This document shows positions 29,995 to 37,840 of a stretch of DNA of 64,000 bases, one piece after another. Origin of the DNA: an uncultured virus (IMG/VR IMGVR_UViG_3300049442_000166). Its lineage: Duplodnaviria; Heunggongvirae; Uroviricota; Caudoviricetes. Position 1 is the first letter of the stretch, and every line of letters begins with the position of its first letter. The translations under genes were made by a program, and so were the position numbers. Where the stretch lies: the IMG/VR virus record IMGVR_UViG_3300049442_000166. One strand, given 5' to 3'. The notes under the pieces were generated by a model that was given only the letters and a program-made list of their open reading frames with translations, searched no databases and was not told where the DNA came from.

Positions 29995-30420
29995 TCACGC
30001 CTCGCGCTGCGGCTCGTGCTCCCCCTCGGCCTGTGGCTCCTGCCACGCCGTCGGCACCTCCAGCGGATCTGGGCTGATCTCAGCCTCTGCCAGCGCCCGC
30101 TCGTCGGCGCTTGGCTCCTCAGCGACAACCGGTGCGCCCTCGACCATGGTCAGCCTGGGCACCGTCTCGGCGTCCTCCTGGAGCAGCCCATAGTCGGAGA
30201 TCAGACACGAGGTGATGCGGCTGTCGAGCGCGCCACCATCGTGCGCCAGGAGCAGTCGCGTCTTCACCTGCTCGGCGAGGTTGGGCGCATCGGGATCCCC
30301 AGCCAGTGAGATCGTGGCACCGAAGTAGCCGCCGTCGAGCATGAGCATCTGCACCAACGGGACCGGGACGATGTCTTGCGGCTCTAGCTCTTCGAGGCTG
30401 TCGGTGTAGGTGTCTGACAT
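29995..30420 (-). CDS. Acidic hypothetical protein, paralogous to the N-terminus of 10862-11815
   Basis: G.Y..ATI and L.SR..S.L.S..GL.Q..A shared. Confidence 0.55.
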   Translation of the reverse strand: MSDTYTDSLEELEPQDIVPVPLVQMLMLDGGYFGATISLAGDPDAPNLAEQVKTRLLLAHDGGALDSRITSCLISDYGLLQEDAETVPRLTMVEGAPVVAEEPSADERALAEAEISPDPLEVPTAWQEPQAEGEHEPQREA

Positions 30421-30584
30421 GGTTCTTCCCCCTCATCGTCCGGTGGCGGCCAGTCGATCTCGCCCTTGCCCTTACATAGCCAGCAATCCTCACGTTGGAG
30501 GCAGGCTGAACTGACGAGGCGCACTATGACATACTGCCGGCCATTGCAATTAGGGCAGATGCAGCGGAAGAAGCCGACGGTCAT
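30384..30584 (-). CDS. Small zinc-finger protein (DnaJ-type CxxCxG)
   Basis: CPNCNG...CWLCKGKG. Confidence 0.5.
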   Translation of the reverse strand: MTVGFFRCICPNCNGRQYVIVRLVSSACLQREDCWLCKGKGEIDWPPPDDEGEEPCQTPTPTASKS

Positions 30585-30881
30585 CGCCGGCTCTTGGCGC
30601 CTATGTTCGCCGGCTGGCGATCAGGCTGCACGCCCTCCTGGGTGGCGGCGTAGTTTGGGGCGTAGCCGGCCTGGAACGCCGGGTGGTCAGCACTGCTGCC
30701 CTTGATCTTGGGCTCGCTATTCTTCACCTCGATCAGGGCTGCCCAGGCCTCGTGCGGCAGATGCTCCGGCCATCCCGCCTGTTGGGCGTCCCACAGCGTG
30801 TGGGTGTCCGTTTCGATGTGAGGATAACCTAGCGCGTACTTCGGGGCGGGGGTGGCGGAGAGCAGCGCCTCGCTCCCCGCC

Positions 30882-31334
30882 CGCTCCGCGATCCCGGTAC
30901 TCTCTGGCTCTGCGGCTCGCTTCGGTGTCTCGGCACTCTCAAGTCTGTCGGCTCGCTCACTGTGCCCGGCACTCTCATGTGTAGCGGCCCGCTCAGTCGC
31001 CTCGGCACTCTCTGGCTCGTTGGCTCGCTCAGCGGTATCGGCACTCTCACAAGTTTCGGCTCGCTCGGACAGCTCGGCACTCTCTCGATCCACGGCTCGC
31101 TCATCTGTATCGGTACGCTCGCGAGTGTCGGCTCGCTCAGGTTTCTCGGCACTCTCTTCTGCCACGGCTGCGCTCATCTGTGTCGGCACCCTCACTGCGC
31201 TCGGCTCGCTCGGTTATCACGGCACTCTCTCTCGAAGCGGCTACAACGGGGACGATGCACTGGCGTCAGCAAACCAGTGGCTGACCATCGTCCCCGCCCG
31301 CTCGGCGGCCCCGGCACTCTTGCACATCACGGCC
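30882..31334 (-). repeat. TIGR-like array 6 (11 units; element 7 embedded at 31243-31298, short element 6 at 30843-30881)
   Basis: Dual repeats with 36-nt period; element 7 has perfect ggggacgatg/catcgtcccc, cactgg/ccagtg, gtcagc/gctgac. Confidence 0.9.
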
Positions 31335-31439
31335 GTATTCATTGTCCTACAGGATCAACCAGAAGAACAGTCCCCATAGCGGTAGCGACAGCGTGACGCC
31401 GACCGCAATCCCCTTGGCCACAGCCAGGTGATCATCCCC

Positions 31440-31628
31440 TCACCGAGTTCCTGCTCGTTTGATCCACCGGTCACACCACCCTCCCGGTTTGATATCTCCT
31501 GCAACTAGGTGGCACGCATTAGGCGCGCGCCAATGGACGCACTTGTCACACGTCTCAGACTGTAGCTCCGCCTTTGGCGTGTAGCGCGTGTCGCGTTTCG
31601 TCAGCTGCCTGATCGGCCGCTGCGCCAC
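31440..31628 (-). CDS. HiPIP-like small Fe-S protein
   Basis: CDKCVHW...CHLVAGDIKPGGWCDRW four-Cys pattern. Confidence 0.6.
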   Translation of the reverse strand: MAQRPIRQLTKRDTRYTPKAELQSETCDKCVHWRAPNACHLVAGDIKPGGWCDRWIKRAGTR

Positions 31629-31877
31629 TCAGCTCGGAATATGATGCGGGCCGTGATCACTGTGCGCGGTCGCCGGCAGCTTGCCACCACCACGCGATAT
31701 GTGCGGCGGCCCGGCGCGGTTGCTGTCATCCAGTGGCGTGTGGCTCATGCCGGCGTCCGGGTGGGCAATGCCACCGTTCACCTTGGCGAGGCTGTCACAG
31801 CCGCAATCCGAAGCCTTCATCGTACCATCTCCCATCGCTAGGTTCTTATGCTGTCTGATGCTGGTGTCGTAGGCCAT
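31629..31877 (-). CDS. Hypothetical protein
   Basis: 82 aa, tightly packed in the operon. Confidence 0.45.
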   Translation of the reverse strand: MAYDTSIRQHKNLAMGDGTMKASDCGCDSLAKVNGGIAHPDAGMSHTPLDDSNRAGPPHISRGGGKLPATAHSDHGPHHIPS

Positions 31878-32021
31878 TCACTTGCCCTTCCGCTTAGGCT
31901 TACGCCTGGATTTGTCTAGTGCAATTGCCACAGCTTGCTTCTGCGGAAATTTACCAGTAGACACCAACTCACTGACGTTCTTGCTTATCGTCTTCTGGCT
32001 CGATCCGCTCTTTAATGGCAT
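31878..32021 (-). CDS. Small basic phage protein
   Basis: [20 protein letters not shown]...QKQAVAIAL, a common phage peptide near packaging genes. Confidence 0.65.
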   Translation of the reverse strand: MPLKSGSSQKTISKNVSELVSTGKFPQKQAVAIALDKSRRKPKRKGK

Positions 32022-32024
32022 CCC

Positions 32025-32570
32025 ATGCGCTCCTGTCGGCACTGCGGCACTGAGATCAGAACTCGTGGCGCTCGGCTCTATTGCTCCTTGCGATGCAAAG
32101 GTCTCGCCGAACGAGTGCAGGTTGACGCGATCTGTGCCATCTGCGGCGGTCCATTTACGCACATTTCCTCGCGATGCAACAAGGCCAAGTACTGCTCCAG
32201 GGTTTGCTATTACCGATCGATGATCGGACGGGGGAGAACCCATTACACATGCCGCCACTGCGGCAAGGCCTTCTTTGGGTCGGCTTCGCATAAGCGTGTC
32301 TATTGCAGCCGGGCGTGTAACGCTAAGGAACGTCTCGCCACATGGCGGCCTTCGTTCATCACAGTTCGTAAGCAGTTAGTGAGACGTGGCCGATTGCTCC
32401 GGTGTGATCAGTGTGGGTTCGATGAAGAGCCCCGCATACTTGGCGTCCACCACAAGGACGAGAACAAGCGAAACAATGAGCTGATCAATCTCGCCGTACT
32501 CTGTCCTAACTGCCACTCCAGGGAGCATCTCAAGCATATCCCTCAGGGATACAGGCCTCAGGCGTCATAG
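32025..32570 (+). CDS. HNH endonuclease with zinc-ribbon repeats
   Basis: Repeated Cxx[16 protein letters not shown]...NL..LCPNCH..EH. Confidence 0.85.
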   Translation: MRSCRHCGTEIRTRGARLYCSLRCKGLAERVQVDAICAICGGPFTHISSRCNKAKYCSRVCYYRSMIGRGRTHYTCRHCGKAFFGSASHKRVYCSRACNAKERLATWRPSFITVRKQLVRRGRLLRCDQCGFDEEPRILGVHHKDENKRNNELINLAVLCPNCHSREHLKHIPQGYRPQAS

Positions 32571-32875
32571 CGAGGCTTCCCCTCGGCCTGCCGGCGCATC
32601 TCCTCCATCGCCTTCACCTGGGCGGGATACGCGGTCCTCAACATGTTGGAGAAGCGTTGGCCGGTGGCATCGAGCACGTCGGGATCCATGGAGGCCGCGG
32701 CCATGATCTTGGCCAGCAGCGTCGCCAAGGCCCACAGCGCTGTGCTGTTGGTTACGTTGCCGAACCGCTCGGCCATGATGTCGAACGCCCGCATCAGGTG
32801 CTCGCATTGCCGGTGATCGACACCGGCCAGCAGCTCCTCAGTACCATCGATGGTCGGCGGCTCTTGGCTGGGCAT
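32558..32875 (-). CDS. Hypothetical protein
   Basis: Helical ORF starting MPSQEPP, coupled to the upstream stop. Confidence 0.45.
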   Translation of the reverse strand: MPSQEPPTIDGTEELLAGVDHRQCEHLMRAFDIMAERFGNVTNSTALWALATLLAKIMAAASMDPDVLDATGQRFSNMLRTAYPAQVKAMEEMRRQAEGKPRYDA

Positions 32876-32877
32876 GG

Positions 32878-33093
32878 CTACCCTCGTGCTGACCCATCCG
32901 GCTGGTGGGTGATCGCCATGTTGCACCACATCGCGCAGGTGCGTAGCTGGCGGATGACATAGGTGCGGTCCGGTCCATCCGGCACATGGGCCATGACCTC
33001 ACCCAGCAGCAACCCGAACGCACCACGCATGTGGGTGACGTTGGCGAGCTGTTGATCAGTTGGCGCGAGACGTTCGAAGGTTGCTTTGTCCAT
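32878..33093 (-). CDS. Acb2/Tad1-like hairpin (putative anti-defence sponge) protein
   Basis: TF..L.PT..Q...MR...VPDGPDRT...R.L....MWCN.AI pattern. Confidence 0.45.
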   Translation of the reverse strand: MDKATFERLAPTDQQLANVTHMRGAFGLLLGEVMAHVPDGPDRTYVIRQLRTCAMWCNMAITHQPDGSARG

Positions 33094-33301
33094 TACTCAT
33101 ATCCTGGCTCAATCTTGGTCTTCCAGAAGTCGGCGGTGTGCGGCAGCACCTCCTTGCGCAGCTCACGAGCGCGCGCGTCGGCCTTGGCACGCGACAGCTT
33201 CTCACCGGCATCACCAGCCTGCATATGCGCGAGATCACGCAGCGCGATGTGGCGCTTCACGCTCTGTGGCATCGTGCGCCTGGGTGGTAGCATGATCGGC
33301 A

Positions 33302-33793
33302 TCACGGTGGCTCCTCATCAGGCTTCGGCAGGTGCGTCACGCTAATGCGGTGGCTCTCGCCGGTATCGGGGCCGTTGTTAATGTTGATCGCGAACACGGC
33401 CGACGCACCAGGAGCCTCGCTGTCCTTGCCGACGTCACGCCAGCCACTGCGGGCCTTGGCCCAGAAGATCGACATCGTCTTGTCGCCCTCCTCGGCTTGG
33501 GTGACGATGCCACCGAGGATCTTGGCGTCGGTCATCAGCTTGCCGTGCTGCAGCTCAAACGGGAAATGCCGCTCCAGCGTGACCAGGGGGATGTTCATGA
33601 TCACCGAGATGCTCTCTTGGGTGAAACCACACGCCACCAGCCTCCTGGCCTCGATGCGCTGTTCCCCGGTCGGCACGAACGGCGTCTGCCCCCTGAGCCC
33701 AGGCTCACCGCCTTTGCCGGGGGCTAGCCCGGCCTTGGCCTGTCGGGGTGGACGGTGGACCTGAGCCACCTTGTCGAGGATGCGCGGCGCCAT
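33302..33793 (-). CDS. terS: Terminase small subunit
   Basis: PT.EQR...G..QE.I....I...TL.RHF..EL..G...A..GD....IFW.K.R.GWR. Confidence 0.75.
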   Translation of the reverse strand: MAPRILDKVAQVHRPPRQAKAGLAPGKGGEPGLRGQTPFVPTGEQRIEARRLVACGFTQESISVIMNIPLVTLERHFPFELQHGKLMTDAKILGGIVTQAEEGDKTMSIFWAKARSGWRDVGKDSEAPGASAVFAININNGPDTGESHRISVTHLPKPDEEPP

Positions 33794-33826
33794 GGCGCCA
33801 TGTTTGTCCTGTGGTGCCGTCTCTAA

Positions 33827-34315
33827 TCAAGCCCCAGCTGCCGCCCTGATCACGCTGCTCATGTCGAGCAGCAGGCGGAGCAGTGCCGCGCCTTCGTCCA
33901 TTGGCAGGGTGACGTCGAGCCTGATGTGTGCCTCGCCACCCGCGGTGACGCGGAACACCAGCGGGTCACCGGCTGACTTGAGCGTCGCCGGCCGCACCAC
34001 GACCGCGGTGCTGGGCGCAGCGCCACCAGCCACGACACGCGCCTTGGCCTCGCGCTCTGTCTTAGGCTGGCGTGGCAGCAGCTGCGCTTCGGTCACGCCG
34101 AACAGCTTGGCGACCTTGGGCCGAGTGGCTGGTCCTGGTGCGCCTTTGGCGTTGAGCCAGATGTAGATCGAGGTGTGGGTGACTTCGAGGCCCATACGGG
34201 CGTTGAAGTCGCGTGGCGACCAGTTGCGTTGCGCCATCTGTGCTCGGAGCAGCGCGGCGATGTGGCCATTGCGGGCGATCTGAGCGGGTGTGGCGGCTCC
34301 GCCGGATGTGGTCAT
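33827..34315 (-). CDS. XRE-type HTH regulator
   Basis: WSPRDFNARMG...SIYIWLNAKGAP......KVAKLFGV. Confidence 0.6.
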   Translation of the reverse strand: MTTSGGAATPAQIARNGHIAALLRAQMAQRNWSPRDFNARMGLEVTHTSIYIWLNAKGAPGPATRPKVAKLFGVTEAQLLPRQPKTEREAKARVVAGGAAPSTAVVVRPATLKSAGDPLVFRVTAGGEAHIRLDVTLPMDEGAALLRLLLDMSSVIRAAAGA

Positions 34316-34632
34316 GATGCTGCTGCTTTCTTATCAGGGGCTACCACGCGCAGTTTCCTGTCAGCGTCCACCACCTTTAACCTGGGGCGTCCTGCGATGG
34401 GGGCTACGGTCTGGCGCACCAAGTCGTAGTATGCGTCGCGGTAGCATACGGTCTGGGTCTTGAAGCCCTGGCGATACGCGCCGCCTGAGCGGGCGATCCA
34501 TACCCAGCCGGTGAGCATGCGCAGCTCGCCGTCGCGGCGGTGTTCGTTCCATGCGCGGCAGTCGTGCACGTTGATATAGAAGATGCGTGCGACGCGGGCG
34601 ACATCGGCGATGATGTCATCTGGAAGCCACAT
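34312..34632 (-). CDS. Hypothetical protein
   Basis: 106 aa, GGAGG RBS, ATGA overlap. Confidence 0.5.
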   Translation of the reverse strand: MWLPDDIIADVARVARIFYINVHDCRAWNEHRRDGELRMLTGWVWIARSGGAYRQGFKTQTVCYRDAYYDLVRQTVAPIAGRPRLKVVDADRKLRVVAPDKKAAAS

Positions 34633-34830
34633 GCTCAGCCCTCCCTTGTGGTGTTTAGTGGGCCAAGTCTTTGGCGGCTTGTCGATTGACTGGCCTGCGG
34701 TAGCCGCGCTGCAATGCGGAGCGCGCGCCCTTCCAGGCGCGGATTGTCTCTTCGTCTTGCCGATCCAGCTCGGCCACCATTTTGAGTGCCAGCTGCTTGG
34801 CGAATTTGCGCCGCGCCTTCTCGCGCAGGT

Positions 34831-35124
34831 TCATGGCTCCTCCTGCTGCAGGTCGATGACGCTGGACGACGCGTACTCCGCGGCGTCGTCGTCCTCGGTG
34901 GCGATGGCGATCGCCTCGGCGTCGATGGCGATGGCGAGCTGGCGGCAGAGGTTGCCTTTGGACAGGTAGCCTGAGGCGAAGAACAGGCGCGCGGCGAGGC
35001 TGTAGTGGGTGCTGGCGACGGTGAGGCGTTCGTCGCAGTAGGCGGCTGCGGCGTCGTGCTTGAGGGCCCAGGCGGCGCTGATGGCCTCGGCCTTGGTGAG
35101 TGCGATCTGGATGGTGGTGTTCAT
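34831..35124 (-). CDS. Hypothetical early protein
   Basis: Preceded by CAGGAGTATCCC. Confidence 0.55.
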   Translation of the reverse strand: MNTTIQIALTKAEAISAAWALKHDAAAAYCDERLTVASTHYSLAARLFFASGYLSKGNLCRQLAIAIDAEAIAIATEDDDAAEYASSSVIDLQQEEP

Positions 35125-35148
35125 GGGATACTCCTGAGGATGGGTGGC

Positions 35149-35361
35149 CTACGCCGCCAGCGGCTCGATGTTGATTGACTGCGCCATGACCGAGCCACTC
35201 GCGGTCACCAGATCGCGGAACGCAGCAGCCGTTTCGATGTTGGTGAACTTCCGGGCTTTGGTTTTGTCGTTGGTCCAGAACGCTAGTCCGTCCTTTGTGC
35301 GTGTGCCACGAAGAACATAGATGGTCCGGCCCATTGGCATTGCGGTGATGATGTAGATCAT
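35149..35361 (-). CDS. Hypothetical early protein
   Basis: Start re-called at MIYIIT after CAGGAGTATCCC. Confidence 0.5.
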   Translation of the reverse strand: MIYIITAMPMGRTIYVLRGTRTKDGLAFWTNDKTKARKFTNIETAAAFRDLVTASGSVMAQSINIEPLAA

Positions 35362-35400
35362 CGGGATACTCCTGTGTCGCGGCCGCTCTGGCCGCCAGTC

Positions 35401-35530
35401 CTTATGCGCCATCATGAACCATCGGTCAACACCTGTGTGGCCCACCCGAAAACAATTTCGGGCGCCTGAAAACAATTTCGGGCGGCGCTAAAACAAACTG
35501 TTGACACATGATGACCCATCAGATACTTCT
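35401..35530. promoter_or_regulatory. Divergent sigma70-like promoters with two operator copies
   Basis: Minus-strand TTGACC-17-CATAAG; plus-strand TTGACA at 35501; operators at 35401-35415 and 35508-35522; GAAAACAATTTCGGGCG direct repeat x2. Confidence 0.65.
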
Positions 35531-35571
35531 TTTCTCAGGCCACTGATGGCCTGCCACAGGAGTATCCCACT

Positions 35572-36327
35572 ATGGTTCGTCAAGAAGACTGGCGCCGCGA
35601 CCACCCCGCCACCAACCCGGCCTTCGAGGCCTTGGCCGAGCTGAGCTTGGTGCTCGTGCATCTCTCGCCGCGTGACCTCACGTTCGCCGAGAGCCTCGCC
35701 GGGCAGTTCCAGGCGCGCGGCAGCCTCTCTGAGAAGCAGCTGTTCTGGGTGGGCGAGCTGACCCGGCGCGCCCAGGCTGTCGCCGCTCCGCGCGCGCAAG
35801 CGACAATGTCGACACCCGCCCCGACCCCAGCTGCTCCCGTGGCCAAGGAATTCCTGCAGATCCTGGCGCTGTTCGCCAGCGCCGGCAGCCGTGCGGCGAT
35901 CGTGTTCAACACCGACACCGTCAACCAGATCCCCCAGGGCACCGAGTTCCGCCTGAGCGTGGCCGGCGAGCGCAGCCAGCAGCCGGGAAGCATCAACGTC
36001 ACCGACGCGGCTTCGGGATTTGCCGACCGGACGTGGTACGGCCGCATCACCACCAAGGCGGTGTGGCAGCCGAGCCGCAAGCTCGACACGGCCACCATCG
36101 CGGCGGTCGAGGCGGCGCTGACCACGTTCAATGCCGATCCGGCAGCTGCTGCGGCTCACTACGGCCACGGCACCAACCACTGCTGCTTCTGCCGCCGCGA
36201 GCTGACCGACGAGCGCTCGGTGAGCGTGGGCTATGGACCTCAGTGCGCAGATAAGTTTGGATTGCCTTGGGGCGCCGTCCCTGGTCCCAAGCCCGAGAAC
36301 CTTCTGGTGTGTGATGTCCCTTTCTAA
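35572..36327 (+). CDS. DUF6011-like zinc-finger protein
   Basis: CCFCRRELTDERSVSVGYGPQCA; LSEKQ motif. Confidence 0.7.
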   Translation: MVRQEDWRRDHPATNPAFEALAELSLVLVHLSPRDLTFAESLAGQFQARGSLSEKQLFWVGELTRRAQAVAAPRAQATMSTPAPTPAAPVAKEFLQILALFASAGSRAAIVFNTDTVNQIPQGTEFRLSVAGERSQQPGSINVTDAASGFADRTWYGRITTKAVWQPSRKLDTATIAAVEAALTTFNADPAAAAAHYGHGTNHCCFCRRELTDERSVSVGYGPQCADKFGLPWGAVPGPKPENLLVCDVPF

Positions 36328-36811
36328 ATCGAAATATGAGGCTGTGGTGCTCTACCAGCACCCCAGCCGCCCCGGCCTCTTTCTGACGAAGGACGGCCGG
36401 GCCTTCCGCGAGTTGCCGCACTACGTGGACACGAACGGCTACGCATGTCTTCACGTCGGCAAGGATGGGCACATCGTTCGCCGCCACACACTTGTTGCCG
36501 AAACCTTCATCGGTCCCCAGCCACCCGGCCACGGCGTGCGGCACCTCGACGGCAATCCTGCCAACGATGATCCGAAGAACCTCGCCTGGGGCACACAAGC
36601 AGAGAACATTGCCGATGCAGTCCGCCACGGTCGCACCACTAGGGGAGCCAAGAACCGACACACCAAACTAACCGAAACCGAGGCGCGCGAGATCAAGCGT
36701 CGCCGCGCCGCAGGTGAGAGTGGGGCATCGCTGGCCCGTGAGTTCAACATCAGCGAGCAAACAATCTGCTGCATCCACACCAAACGCCAGTGGGCGTGGC
36801 TCACCGACTGA
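36314..36811 (+). CDS. HNH endonuclease
   Basis: HTLVAETFIGP...VRHLDGNPAND..NLAWGT..EN..D. Confidence 0.85.
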   Translation: MSLSKSKYEAVVLYQHPSRPGLFLTKDGRAFRELPHYVDTNGYACLHVGKDGHIVRRHTLVAETFIGPQPPGHGVRHLDGNPANDDPKNLAWGTQAENIADAVRHGRTTRGAKNRHTKLTETEAREIKRRRAAGESGASLAREFNISEQTICCIHTKRQWAWLTD

Positions 36812-36882
36812 TCCCTCAAATCCCCTCAAATCCCCTCAACTGACGGGGCGGCAATGGTGCCGTCCCACACAGGAGTATCCCA

Positions 36883-37104
36883 ATGACCAAGTTCGAGTTC
36901 GAGGTCTTCAGTGAGCTGACCTACTGCGCCAACGAGATCGTCCACTGCATGGCGACACACCCCGATCTGACAGCACGGCAGATCGCCGGCACTGTCGCCG
37001 ACCCCGATGACGAGCTAGCGCGGTTCGCTAGGGCGATCACGGCGGCGCGCAAGATCTTGTCGCCGTGGCTGTTCGATGCCGATGGCAAGGAGATCACCTC
37101 GTGA
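36883..37104 (+). CDS. Hypothetical early protein
   Basis: Preceded by CAGGAGTATCCC. Confidence 0.55.
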   Translation: MTKFEFEVFSELTYCANEIVHCMATHPDLTARQIAGTVADPDDELARFARAITAARKILSPWLFDADGKEITS

Positions 37105-37459
37105 GCCCGCGCCCGCTTTGCGTCTACTGCGGCAAGCCGATCCCCAAGCTTACCACCACGGTGTGGGTCGGCAGCGCTAGCGACAAGATCAAGCACCAGG
37201 ACAGCAGCTGGTCGCGCTACGTCTACCCGGAGGAGCCGCTGCGCAGCATCGCCGAGTGCCGCAGGCTGTCGAACCAGCAGGTCATCTCGCTGCACTACGG
37301 CTTCGGCGGCACGGTGTCGCGGTTCGCCGAGTGGGATGGCCAGACATACTGGTGCGCCAGCCAGCCGTGCTGCTCGGGGACGTGCGCGGTGAAGTTCGCC
37401 AGGGCGGCTCACAAGGCGGGCTACAGGCTGCTACAGCCGGGTGAGCAGGAGGTTGTGCC

Positions 37460-37792
37460 ATGACCATCCCGATCGGCCGCTACGCCAACCTGGGCCCGGA
37501 GATCCCGATCGAGGGCATGCCCGACATCCCCCCGCTCAGGATCACTCGCATTGCCGAGCTGGCCGAACGCAATGCCTTGAACGAGACGGTGATCCTGGTC
37601 GATGCTATGGGCGAGGATGACGCGCCGCTGAAGCTGATCCTGGGCTGCAATCCGCACACGGCGGAGATCAGCCGCGCCGCGGTGTGGCTACGCCCTGGCG
37701 CTGGGTTTGTGGCCACAGATCTCGCCTGCCTGCCGGGCAATCTCGTAGACGTGGTCAGGACAATCCTGCTGGACCCACGCCCCGAGGCTTGA
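37460..37792 (+). CDS. Hypothetical protein
   Basis: GGAGG RBS, ATGA overlap. Confidence 0.45.
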   Translation: MTIPIGRYANLGPEIPIEGMPDIPPLRITRIAELAERNALNETVILVDAMGEDDAPLKLILGCNPHTAEISRAAVWLRPGAGFVATDLACLPGNLVDVVRTILLDPRPEA

Positions 37793-37840
37793 CAGATGGT
37801 TCCTGATGGGTCATAAGTTTCGAACCCACAGGAGTATCCC
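37789..37840 (+). promoter_or_regulatory. Promoter, operator and extended RBS of the helicase gene
   Basis: TTGACA-17-CATAAG; CTGATGGGTCATAAG at 37803; ACAGGAGTATCCC at 37828. Confidence 0.65.

Noticed and set aside
20159..31334. CRISPR arrays
   Set aside because: Repeats are 10 nt and alternate between two types, spacers are 8 nt, and no cas genes are present. The architecture fits TIGR rather than CRISPR.
22078..31396. ORFs running through the arrays (e.g. 22340-22564, 26780-27289, 29108-29941, 30581-31195) with GSL/GTL or ESA/ERA repeats
   Set aside because: They are by-products of the 36-nt period. Occasional 1-nt indels break the frames and variation is not codon-patterned. The 3' part of 30581-31195 may still be a real gene with an unclear start.
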